A DNA stretch of 64,000 bases. It comes from Raillietiella orientalis. Lineage: Eukaryota. The position numbers and the translations under genes are program-made. The stretch is taken from the NCBI GenBank assembly GCA_036172245.1, contig JAYWIR010000101.1, positions 62,001-126,000 of the forward strand, read 5' to 3'. Under the pieces are notes generated by a model. The model was not told the DNA's origin. It saw nothing but the letters and a program-made list of their open reading frames with translations, and did not search any database. This document shows positions 10,150-21,675 of the stretch, in pieces (positions within the stretch are counted from its first letter, which is position 1; each line of letters starts with the position of its first letter).

Positions 10150-12719
10150 CTGGCAATCTTATTTTCTAGGTTGTATTCGTTCCTCGCCGGAGAGAAATAT
10201 TGCAAAGGTTCCGAATAGGCAGCCGCACACCGTTTCGTAGTTGGTCAAATGGAGAGGCCTGAAAGAGCCTGCAAGCCGCCCTTCCCTTACATGTTCCGTG
10301 AAAGCAGCAAGTCATCCATACAAAATTCAAATAGAAGGTAATCAAAGATAAAGAGGAATTCCGCCTTACGTACTAAGAACATATGTTTTAAAGTTATTCC
10401 TATTTCGTGGTGAATCACATGGATTTTGACAATCTCACTGTTACGGGATGGCTCGAGCACATTTGGTTCGCTTCAATGAGGTAGCGGGAAAAAAGCGGAT
10501 CACCGCGTATTGGAATCCGCTTCCATTTTGTTCTCATGCAATTTCTTTCAAATAGAACAGAGTGCTCTTTTCCGCATACTATGTAATAACCAAGTCAGTC
10601 CACTGTGAAGTCTTACGATTACACGAGTGCTTTGATGTTCTGTAGCTCGCTGAGCGACGTCCTCTCTTTTCAAGAGGAGCAGACCAGACGCTATGCACAT
10701 CGGAAAGTGGATGGCTTCTCTTTCGGGATTCACATCGCTAGCTTGGGGATTCTTCTCGATGACAATCAACCTTTCTAGTTTTGCTTTCTCTTTGATCACT
10801 TAGTCGAAAGCTTCTCACAGCCCTGTCTACTCTGAGAGGAAGAACTTCAGCCGGGGGGATAGTAGCTCTTCCCAATGTTGCAAGGTGTGGAAGCAGCTCA
10901 CAGTCGCCGAGCGAGCGAGCAGAAAAACGCTGCAGGTCCACATTCTCGGGCAATAACATCCGCTCTGGTGGTTAGGAATATTGGGTCGAACTCTACAAGA
11001 AACGCCTTCTCTCCTGGTTGAGCCAAAGAGACGATGGTATCTGTCGCCCTCTCTGTGCTCATGTAGTTCTGCTGATTCTACAGGTGAGCAACGCTTTTCA
11101 TTTCAAGTGAGGCCTGGATGGCAAAGAGAGGTTTTACACTCCGGATGACCCTTGAACATGAATTGACTCTTCAAAAGTTGGGTCCGATTATTTCCTTGTG
11201 ACAAAAGCTTCATTGGAGATGTCTTTGAAAGTCATGGCTGCCTCAATCAGCAGGGATAAAAACATATGCCTGCTGACCAGGACTTCTTTTGGTATTGAGG
11301 TCCATGGATGCAACAGTTCCTCTTAAATGCAAGTACATCTGATATCAAAGTCCTTTTCCATTTCGATCCTCCAGGAATTTCAACGTTTTCCAGAGAGCTT
11401 GAAGAGTGCTGGTAAGGGCTGGTAGCGGTACCTTAATCGAGCAGTGCAGTATAACTACAGCGTTGGTTCACCGCATACTAAAGAAATCAATGTATATAGA
11501 AAGGTGAGATGTGACCTATTTTATCCCCTTGGGCGATTCCGTGTTGCACCATCTAGGAGGATTGCTGCCGATAAGCAGGAAGTTGCGGTGCCGACCAAAC
11601 TGTCAAAGTTCGGTGCTGTTCATGATGGTTGCTACCAAGAAAGTGTTACACCAGGCTTTCAGCACGTACAGTGGGCTGGAAGAAATGCGTACGCGTGCCG
11701 CGAATAGGCCACATATCTTAGAAGAACTATGGCTTAACAAAGAAATCGTCAGGTTTTGCTTGGTCAGGCCCAAAGTTGTACACTCTGTAAGGTCACAGGA
11801 AACGAACATCAGGCTCTCCCGCTGCAGTGAAGCCGCGAAAATTTTTCATTTGCAGGCAACTTGGTCAACTAATGAAAGAGAAATAGGTGCACGACAAGAA
11901 CAAGTCCTCGCAAAAAGATCTTTGGCACAAAAAGCCAAAAGCGTACCAGAAGGATCTTTGCTTACTAAGAAAATGGTACCAAGGACACAATGAAGGAAAG
12001 TGCAATACCAACAGCAGTCTCAGTGACCAAGACGACGCCTAAGGAGGAAAGCGGCTTTAGACTAATAGGGACACTAGTGATACCTTTCTCCATGCACATA
12101 ACGTTCTCGGGCCTGTAGCTTTCGAAGGGTCACAGGTCGTCGCAAAGTTCCTAACGGGATTTAGAGTATAGAATAACCACTTGCGACGCCGAAATGAAGT
12201 ACGCGCAATAAAATTACTTGGATCGAACGGAGGAAGGCACCCCAGAGTTTTTAAGGGGAAAGTAATTTCCCCTGACGAAGAGTTGGGAAGCTGACGAGTA
12301 TCTGAAGAAACGCACAGGGAACCGTGTTGAGCCACAGTATTTCAAGATGAGTTCCTGATTATAATTTCTCCTTCTACTGTGCGATTTGCCACTCCAGGTG
12401 GATAAGCGTGGAACACGGAGTCCTCTTCTCAGGCACAATGAGAAGATCAGAATCTGTGGGCACCTGTGACTGTCACTTTCCGATCTATTTGCATATGTAA
12501 CTTAGATTTACATTTTTGTTGCTTTCGTTTGGTTTTCGTTTCCCTTATGCCTAACCTGCAGAGGTTTTTTCCCTCGTGTGCATCCCGATATGTCGGCAGG
12601 TATTGCATGTAATGAACGTGGCAGATCCGAGCCACTTTGGAACGCCTTGGTGCGCTTCCCTGTTGAAGAAGGAAATAAATACACACCTAGCGCATTCAGG
12701 TGGGAAACCACCATGAACA

Positions 12720-13030
12720 CAACCTTCGAAAGTGCGTGGAACCTCAGTGGCCGACCTACTGCTTGTGAAGGAGGTGCTCTCTCTCACCATGCAGATCATT
12801 TGCGACGTGGAACAATCTTCAGAAGCAATCCTTGGAGGCGAAGTGCGATTTTGCATACATCTTTGGAGTCGCATGCTCCCTTCCTCACCTGAGTTGGGCA
12901 AAGCCAATTGCTTTCTTCGAAGAGGAGAGTCGGATGGGTCACCGGCGTTCAAGTGACCTGTCACAATGAACCTAATCATGACCAACGCGTACGCTCCCTT
13001 TAACTGTGATAACTATCGAAACAGAGTTGA
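12720..13030 (+). mobile_element. Degenerate LINE AP-endonuclease fragment
   Basis: SAWNLSG, DLLLVKEV and NLIMTNAYAP resemble TCWNVNG, DLALLQEI and DLVVTNVYAP of copy B. Confidence 0.55.
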
Positions 13031-13319
13031 CTTTGAAAGATGGTTGTGTGAGCCGTGATTGTAGCTATCGAACTGTAGGATGACACCATACAGCAGGCAA
13101 AATCCTTTCTGATTTGTCTGCATTTAAACGAAGCATTTTCTAAGTCTGCGCCGAAAAGTCAGTACGATATGTGCGGGGTGCATGTCACTAATCCGTGGGT
13201 CGAGAAGCGTGTCAGGTCCGGCACCCTCGACCACGCATGCCCTTGTGCGGACCTCTGTGCGGGAATGGGTTGACGACAACATACGAAGCCTACCGTTGTG
13301 AGATTATAGGAGCACAGAG

Positions 13320-14400
13320 TTTCATTAAGCTACTGTGGAGAAGATGCGGAGCACGTCCCAAGGCCGGATCAGCCATCGGAACAGGAAGAGGAACTCCGAA
13401 CCATGCCGACCGGATGTTCCATCGACACGGTCATGGATTGAGATGGACCACAAAGATTCCGTGTTGGTGGCATTCTTCTCATCCATTTTTAATCTTGTGA
13501 AAAAGGAGCGTGTCAGGAAAGCGTCTTGCAACACCTTGATCCTGGAGGGCAGCTTGATTTTTCACGGCTCCGGTGACAGAACAAACCTGGCAGACGGTGC
13601 CGCAGGCCTGCCAAAGGTCTGACGGCGAATTGTTTGCTCCGTCGTATCACGAAGGCTCCGTGGTGAGGCAGCACTGAGAGCAATTCATGTACATCAAAAA
13701 GAATTTCTTCCCTCATCGGCTATACTGGTGGACAACAGAATATTTCAAAGTGATCCCATAAAGGATGGACTGCAATCTATTTCAAAGAAAAGCATAAAGC
13801 TCACTGCGGGTTACGAGCGTTTCTCGCCTGGTTATCGGCTAGTCGGCGACTGAAAGCTGGAAAACTGGCTGCCATCGGATGGTGTATCAACGTGACAGCA
13901 AGTCTGCGTGTGAGACGTCCAAAATTGGGCAAATTGGACTCCTTCACTTTATCTGCAACCTCTTTGCTTTCCTTCATACGGTACACTTCTAAGCTTCTTC
14001 TCAATCTGCTTTTTGAAATTGCCGTACTGCAAGAAACGATCACGAGCCTCATCGACCCCGAATGAAAAAGTGGAAATCCAAAATCCAAGCTTTGTTATTT
14101 CGTCAACCATAAATTCGTTGGTGCGAATGTGCTGCTTGTATGTTACACCCGAGGAAGAAAATTTGCTAATACGATGTTTTCACAGCGATCTTGAATTGAG
14201 TATTCGCTTTAGGTGATGGTCCATCTGATGAGCTATGAACAATCTCATCAGCCATTCCGTGCTGCAGGCCATTCTTTAAAAGGTTGGGAGATGCATACTC
14301 TCTACTTTCTACTTTTCCCTCACAGACTAAATCTGCTGTGTCATCAACTAACTTCACCCGATTGACTGTATCACTGAAGAAGTTGGTCAGTTAAGCGCAG
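13320..14400 (-). pseudogene. Putative endogenous viral element: decayed Mononegavirales-like L polymerase fragment (block IV-V region)
   Basis: Frameshifted peptides in colinear order: ADEIVHSSSDG, SKEVADKVKE..GR..AVTLIHHPM, PSFMGS, IHDRVDGTSGRHGS. These recall L motifs (CS..LAD.LR..SW..G.T.PHP, GxxT, HR). Resemblance by eye only. Confidence 0.45.
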
Positions 14401-15789
14401 GCGATTCCAAAAGGAAGACTCAAGGAAACAAAGAGTGACTACTCGATTCGACTTCTTCTGGTGCTGCATCAATCCCTGTTCAGTACGTATTAAAAACTTT
14501 CCAAAAAGGAACATAAATTTCTCGAATCAGATTGTGTTGAAACATTACTCACAAATGTGCATATGGAAATACATTTCTCGAATCATTTTTTCAGAAACAC
14601 ATGCAACTATGTCTGTATGCATTTTAGAGACATATTCGCACTTTGTGCTGAATGTGCCCATCTGTGAACGTATCAGTCATACGCACGCAAGCAGCACTGT
14701 AAACCGAGTATTACCTCGGCAGTGCGAGCACATAGAAGTACAGCATTCCAATCTAAACAAGGAAAATCATCCGTGTGTTCATTGCATTGCTCATAAAGGT
14801 TTTCTGAATGCTGGTATTAATATTTTTGAGGATGAGTCGTAAAGATGCCTATAAGGTGTTCAGATGTGTTGGTAGGAATAGTGGTGTGTTCTTAATGTTG
14901 AATTCTTATTTAAAAGGTTTGAAATCACAACGACAAAATGGAGTATTCAGGGGAAAACCATTCGGGGTGATTAAAAATTTCAATTTCGGTGCTGCAAATA
15001 AATAGGCACTTAGAGGGGTGTGCAAGGATGCATTGGAACACCAAAGGGGAGGAGCGGATGGACTCTGTATTTAGGGAGATTTCCACGCACACATTTCTCT
15101 TCAAAATGAAGGCATCGTTCCAGAAAAAACTTTATCTTACTCCGAACATCAAATCCTTCATTGGTAGACATTCTATTCACTTGAAACTCTGAAGGGGATA
15201 TGTTAAAAAGAAAAAGAGTTCAGAGCGTTACCATGAATGCTAATCAGCATTACGAAAGTTTGCGTGTCATTTGAAGAACCACATGACGCACTAAGCCGCC
15301 GCATGCTTCACGCTGTACAAGGAGAAGAATCTCGGGACTGGCATCAAGGATTCCCCATTCCCAAGCATAAGGGGCAAAGCGAAAGAAACGCCCAGGAGGC
15401 CGTGACGAGTCACCTAGAGTCTCCCTGCGAATAAAGTGGAGAATGCTGCAGGAAAATGCAAAGGCGAATGGAAGGTTGTGGAGCGGTGAAATGACAAGTG
15501 CTAAAAGAATAGAAAGCAAACTTCATCCCTGAGCACTTGCAACTCCACTGGCGTGACACATTCTCCGCTGAACGGCGAACGCTTTACCCGGAACCCACAG
15601 GTTCGGTACCCGGGGAGGAGCCCTCGATAGCGTGCAGCACGGTGGAGCCAGGTGGCGACTGCGCCCTTGGCGTGCAGCGCGGTGCAGGGTGGTGGCGACT
15701 GCGCCCTACAGCCCGTCGTGCTGCTCACTTCCCCTTCGCTGAGTGAGACGTACACCAAGGCCTTGCTTTGTCAGTCGTTATGAAAGCAA

Positions 15790-16560
15790 TCGAGGCTTCT
15801 CGTCGTGTTGCCGTGGCGTGCACGAAACTGAACGGTCTTCAGCACGAAGACTGGAGGCGACAAGCAGCAAACGCTGTGTGCGCCATCGATTTAACGCTCC
15901 TGCAGAAGATTCACCTTCCCTAATGGGTAGGCTGGCGAAATCGAACAGCGCTCATGCAAAGCTCTACTGAGGCGGCGCGAAGTCGCTCATACGTGCGCCG
16001 CGGCTTTTCTTGTGCGAGCAAATTTGGCAGGAGCGCCGGCAAAGCTCCCTGGGAAGCGGATGGCAGAGTGGAACAGCTTGCACTCAAGGGCTACGACAGG
16101 TTCGTCCTGGCCGTACCCAAAGTGTACGCGGTGAGCGGTGCCGTTCGTTGGGCTGTACAAGTTGAGATCTTCGGCAGCGTTCTGAGCTAGTTGCTCACTC
16201 GTGCAAACCCTACGGTGGGGCATCTTATTGCTGCTTCCACCTACTTTGCGAGAAAAGCTCCTACAAAAGAAAAAGGTTGGTGGTTGACGAGATATGCGCG
16301 TCCGTGAAGGCATGCAACTTGCTTTCTATCGACCCTGATATGACGGTATGGAGGTCTCATGTGTTCCTCGAGGAACACCCACTATCTCGAGTGGGTCGGA
16401 GAGCATCCAGGCCGTCGGTTCTTCCAGAAGATAACAGCCTCGAGTTCGAGATGATTCCACCTAGCAAGGGACATCCGATCCGTGTTTGGCGGATGCCTAA
16501 GCACGGACATAGCCATCCGGAGGCGGCGAAGCAGTTCCACCGGTAACTCCGCTGCTTCTA
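15790..16560 (+). mobile_element. Degenerate LINE ORF2 endonuclease fragment
   Basis: EICASVKACNL...HVFLEEHPLSRVGRR...LEFEMIPP...WRM aligns to copy B EMCASVHAANL...HVFLDENLHSRVGRR...LEFEILPP...WRM. Confidence 0.75.
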
Positions 16561-16679
16561 CATAAGTGATGCCGCTTCTCAGCCGGATGCGCCGAGGCGT
16601 TCATTCTTTCGAATCAAACATGGAAAATCTGAGGCTCAACCTGTCATCTAGCTACGCAGAAACAACGCAGAGCCTGTCT

Positions 16680-17450
16680 TGTCACCGGTTTGCAGGCTGG
16701 TTCGGGCCACCACCACAGCAAAATTGGTTTAGAAAAAAAAAAAAATAAAAGTGAAAAAACAACTGGAATATAACATCTGGCAGGAAACGGAAGAGATTAC
16801 AGTGAGCACGGGTGCCGTTACATTCTTCCTAAGATGCCGGCAAGCTATTCTTTCATTTGGGTGTCCAGGTATGGCCATCCTTTTCGCCATTCCTCAGGAA
16901 TTCGACGCCACAAAGGATGGCACCCTTATCGCATGTTTGCAGTTGCCATCTCCAGGCAGCGACTATCCGGTGGAAGCAGCACAGGGCTGCTAACGGGGCT
17001 GCTGGCCGGAGGGCGTCGCAATTGAAGAAGGTTTCAATTCTCTCTCTGCGGCTGCCGCCGGGATTTCCGAGAGCCGCGGCAGCGCTGTTCCAAAGGCGAC
17101 CCAGGGCAACACAATCTTCAAAGAGGTTTCCAGTGGGTTCACGCTCGCTACACCGTAAATCATTTGCGTTTACCGATCCTAGTGTCCAGTGGGGCCGGAG
17201 GGCGCTGCACGGAAAAACCCAGTGCAACCCCACGAGCGCCGACTCCTGCCACTTCAACGAAGGGCTAAGGGTGTCCAATAATACAGAAGGCCACATCTGC
17301 TGTTCCAACGGAACTTTCAGCAGCCCGTCCCAGCCCAAATGTCTAAAAGGAGTGGTAACCCTAGACGAAATATCGCAGAGATTTTTCGATTTCCATTTTG
17401 CTATCCTTTTCTCCGTATTGGAGATTTTTTCTTAAAGTTCCCATGCCTCC
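16680..17450 (-). mobile_element. Degenerate LINE ORF2 3' end and 3' UTR
   Basis: KWQESALVGLHWVFPC...LFEDC..LGRLW matches the ORF2 C-terminus; T-rich UTR; degraded terminal hairpin near 16680-16697. Confidence 0.65.
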
Positions 17451-18698
17451 GCGGTGTTTGTGTCCAGGTGGTCTACAAGCGGTGACAACATTGCAGCGAG
17501 AAGAATTTTCCTTGCCTATATTCGTTTCTGAGGGTTTTCTAACTCCTACTGGAGCGTGAGGGGTTGTTGCACGCAAACAGGTCTCCACCCATCTCCATCA
17601 TCGTCCTGGCCCCACGAAAGGCAGCGTGGCGCGCTCCCGCAGATTCGCGAAATGGAACCTGTGACCTTCTCCTTCCTCCTGGGCAGAACACTTACGACCT
17701 ATGGGCCAACTGAGAAACACGCACGTTCACGAATGAGTTTTTCAAATGATTGGATTGATGTTTACGTTGGCAGTCCGATCCTTTCTTCCCGATTTGCAGG
17801 GACGATTCGTCCGAAGGAAACGTCGCCGAGCCCAATGATGATGATACCCGTGGGATGCCTTGCGGCTACCAATAGGTCGCCTGATGGCGCATCCGCCTAT
17901 CCAAAGTGCCGCACGTGCAGGAAACATCGCCCTCCGACCCGCTGCCGAGGCTGCACAGTCTCGACTGGTAACACTCCTGGATTTCGGGAGGCAGGTTGCC
18001 GCGGAAACAAAGAAAGCCGTCCTGGAGAACCTTCTAGAAGAGAAGCCATCATAAGATGCTGACGAACGGAAAGGCTTGCGCGATCATTGGCTGATCAGAG
18101 TGACGCAGGGGGGGCAGAGGAGGGGCCGCATCGTTGGTGCCGCGGCCATGTTCATGGAACGAATGCGTGTCGCCGCCGTTCAGCAGCGGTGCATTCCGTG
18201 CTGTCTCTTTGATTCGATTCGCCCCGCACCGAAAAGAGGTGGGGGAAAAGGTCTCGGATTCCACCAGGCCGTCGTTTCACGAGGCTGCGGGAGCGCGAGG
18301 GGCTGTGGCGGTGCCCGGCAACGCAATAAGAAGTCCAGCAGCGGGTCTTCTGGGCGCGGGCATCCGGTGCGCGGCGGCTCTGAGCGTCGCAGCGGCAACA
18401 CCCTCGGGTGACTTCCTCCCACTTTGGATAGGAGGCATTCCGTAGGGCGATGGGGACCCGTTCGACTTAACACCCGGCCAGCTGATCTCCACTCGCCGAG
18501 CCTTCACGGAGACTGCGAGGGTTGTCGACTTTCAAAACCTTTTTCTCTTTCTCCTTCTAACATTGGCTTCAGACAGTAAGGCATGAGCTTCCGGAGCAGT
18601 TTCTTTTTCCAAACCTCACATTTCCAGAAAAAGCCGTAATTGCTAATCCCGCAATTCGTTATCTAACTATCTTTTCGCAGCTGCTTAAAACAACAAAA

Positions 18699-19560
18699 AG
18701 CCAGCGTCGGAGGCCTTGTGGTTAAGGCTTCCGCGTGTGGCACCGTGCGTCGCGGGTTCGAATACTCCGGCAGAAACTCTGACGCCACTGCGTCGTTTGG
18801 GTTCCGAGTTTCTCCTGCAACGGCGCTGGTTGACCGAGACATTCGGGCGTGGCACCGGCGGTGGATTAAGCCGGAGGCCCCCGATGAAGGCCGGAACAAT
18901 GGGAGTCGACCTTCGGGTCCTTCCAGGAATAAAGGAGTGGTGAGTTCCCCCTCCTGTCGTACAACGGAGAGCGGACCCCCCCACCGGGAGACCCCTCCGG
19001 TTTCAAGATGGATCAGGAGCCCTCACGGGCACCTCTCCAGTTGTTCAAAGGAGCGGACCCTCCCCGTTGCGGGGGGTCCCTCCGAGTCGTCGCCTCTTCA
19101 CAGAGTGTGCACAAGGAAGCAAGCGAGAGCGATTCCCTGCGGGATGCTGCAGCGCTCCTTCTGAGTTTCGGAAGCGCCCCTTCGGGGATCTCTTCAGAGG
19201 AGTGAACAGGAGCGGTTCCCTTGCGGGTTCCCTCCCGAGAAGAAATTCCTACAAGCGGATCCTTTCCGGTTTTGCTTCGGAGAAGTTGAAATGGTGAGGA
19301 CCACCCCCCTCCCAGGGGGTGTCCCCCGGAGATAATGTGGAAGGAGATTCCCTTCGGGTTTCACCTTCGGAGACAACCAGGGTGGGAGGTGAGATCCCCC
19401 CCGTCCGGGAGGATCCCTCCCCAAGCGTGAGAGGAACGGACTCCGAGCCCTTCCTGAATTCATAGGGCGGACCCCCATCCAAAGGTGCCCCCTTTCCTGA
19501 ATAATTACACTGAAGAATTACACGCCCCTCTGAGGGTTGCCGCGGGCGGAGGGGCGTGGA
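18699..19560 (+). mobile_element. tRNA-derived SINE-like element with tandem hairpin-array body (copy S1, apparently full length)
   Basis: A-box-like AGGCCTTGTGG at 18711-18721 and B-box GGTTCGAATAC at 18755-18765. About 14 GGAG...CTCC-type hairpins at 18900-19490. Terminal 10-bp stem CACGCCCCTC/GAGGGGCGTG. AACAAAA on both flanks (18692, 19561) is a candidate TSD. Homologous copies lie elsewhere in the window. Confidence 0.75.
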
Positions 19561-19569
19561 AACAAAATA

Positions 19570-19980
19570 GTGTGTTTAATTTTCAGAAAAGAGCCACGTG
19601 CGCCGCGAGGCACGCAACCAGCTCTGAGTTACTTAGCAAACCAAAAAAAAGAAGAAAAAAAGAGAAAACTCTTAATAAAAAAAAAAAAAAATGAAAGAAA
19701 AGAAACCTGAAAGAAAAACGGCGAAGTCAGAAGAAAAAGAAGAACCCAAGGATTTCCATAGTCCTAGGCCAATAATAACGATCTCCTCGTGGGGGTCGCT
19801 ACTGGCCTTTAAAAAAAAATAAAAAAACTCAATGAAACCTTGAAAAGAAAGAAAAGGAATTCTTTGCATTCGAAATTGATGCACTCAGTTCATCGGACCG
19901 AATCTGTGGGCACTTTATTCGCTTGGGAGAAGTTGCCATCTTCTTTGGAGTGTTCCGAGGTAGCCAAGCACATTTTACGT
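19570..19980 (-). mobile_element. LINE 3' UTR / ORF2 end fragment
   Basis: T-rich UTR on the minus strand preceded by a WQLLPSE-like ORF2 tail; contains a hairpin at 19591-19625 that is repeated at 61676. Confidence 0.45.
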
Positions 19981-20019
19981 ATTTGCTAAGCTTTGCGACC
20001 CGACTTCCAGTTTGCCCGC

Positions 20020-20395
20020 TTAGGAGGAGATGAAATGGAGCAGACCACCCCCCGAGAGGTCCCTCTGAAGAGAATGAGGAAGGAGATCCCCTTCAAGGTT
20101 CTTCTTCGGAGACAACCAGGGTGGGGGTGCGATCCCCCCTGCCTCCGTGTGCGGGACCGAGCGTTGCTAGAAGCCTTCGCGTTTGCTGAGTGCACGAGCT
20201 GGGTTCCCTTCTGAGAAGAAGCAGAGGAACGGTCCCTTCCGGAGGGAATCACAAAGAGCTTTCCTTCGGGGTTCCCTTCGGAAAGAGCCAGGGTGAAGGG
20301 TTTCTCCGGAGCCCTTTCTGGATTAATGACTTGGTCCTCTCCCGGATCGCCCTTAACTTGGAGAGTCAACACGCACCCTTGGGTGGTGCGGAAAC
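20020..20395 (+). mobile_element. 5'-truncated copy of the hairpin-array SINE (S3)
   Basis: Shares CTTCGGAGACAACCAGGGTGGG with S1 and the 3' block AACTTGGAGAGTCAACACGCACCC with S2/S4. Confidence 0.75.
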
Positions 20396-21624
20396 CGTGT
20401 CAAAGGACAAACAGTCGCATGCAGCCCACGCTGTTTTCTCAGAGAACGCAATCAACGAATGAAGGGCATCATTCCAGCCGAAAGCGGACGCCAATGATTG
20501 ACCGCGGCAGCTTCTCAACAACCTCTGGTTTTTTGGCAGGTGGCGCGAGGACAGAGGATGTTTGAGGTCGACTATATGCTCCGAAGGGACTCGGGACTCC
20601 GGGGCGAGGAAAGAGCGATCGTGCTTGGCGCCTTCCGGAACGAGACGAGACGGAAACGCGACGACTCCATCCCTGGAAGACCAGACAAAAGAAGGGAAGG
20701 AGGACGCTACCGCGGACCAAGCTCGTCGCTCTCCCTGCAGCCGAACGTCGTTGTCAGTGGAAGCAACGCCCTAGATCCAGGAGATGAAGGTACTTTGCAG
20801 TCCGGCAAGCCCTACGGAAAAGAAAGGGAAGAGAAATGGTGTCTTCTCGCTCACCCCACATTCGCAGCTCGGCGATCCAGTTGCAAGCGATACCCCGGGC
20901 TCGACGCGCTGACTGCCTGAAGGACAGTGAGTCCACAGAGGACGGCGGCGTTCTCACGAGGCGTGCCACCTAAACCACATTCTCAATCAGCGCGCGCTGG
21001 CAACTCGAATGCGATCGCCGAGATGCTGGAAGCACTGGCATTCCAGATCAAGATGTCCATCGAAGGCAAGCTGGCAGGGAGTGGCCTCCTGGTGATCCAT
21101 TCGTGGAGCAAACTCCCAAGTGAGACGCCGGAACTGGTGCTCCGCAGAGACGGATGACGTCTTTCGTGCCTACGAGCAGTCATCTGCTGCTGCAGGAAAG
21201 GCAAACGCAACGCGAGGAGCCTCAGGTCGATTGCCCGTTCGGCCGCCAGGAGGGGCACTTGCATCAGTGCGAAAAGGTCGCCGCAGCCTCCACGTGGCCA
21301 CATCATGAGGGCTGAAGAAGGGTGGAACCGCAACAGCGGGGAGGCGGTATGGTCCCGAGCCTCAGACGCCCCCGGGACAGACGCCTTCTGAAGCGCAGGC
21401 TGGTAAGGCCACCCAGAGACAACTTACCCTCAAGAACCGCAGCCCCCTCGGGAGAAAAGGAAGCGCACGATTGATTGAGAAGGGAGAATCTCTCCATCAT
21501 CTCCATCGAAACGTTTTGCTCCGAGCAGTTCTGCCTCCTATGCTGGAAGCATGGGCTAGAGAACGCTGGCTGGGACGAGCCACTCCTTGAAAACCACAGC
21601 GTCTCGTTCAGAAGACCAAACCGA

Positions 21625-21675
21625 GGGCAGGGAACCCCGAAGGAAACCCCCGCCTTGGTTGTCTCCGGAGGAAAG
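21625..21675 (-). repeat. Short fragment of the hairpin-array SINE
   Basis: Reverse complement TTCCTCCGGAGACAACCAAGGCGGGGGTTTCCTTCGGGGTTCCCTGCC matches about 27470-27517. Confidence 0.7.

Noticed and set aside
18703..18775. Functional tRNA-His gene (also 26914-26985)
   Set aside because: Acceptor and anticodon stems do not pair properly, and the unit is fused to a repeat body.
18900..19490. Hairpin array as a CRISPR array
   Set aside because: Eukaryotic context, degenerate repeats, no unique spacers of constant length, no cas genes, and dispersed tRNA-headed copies.
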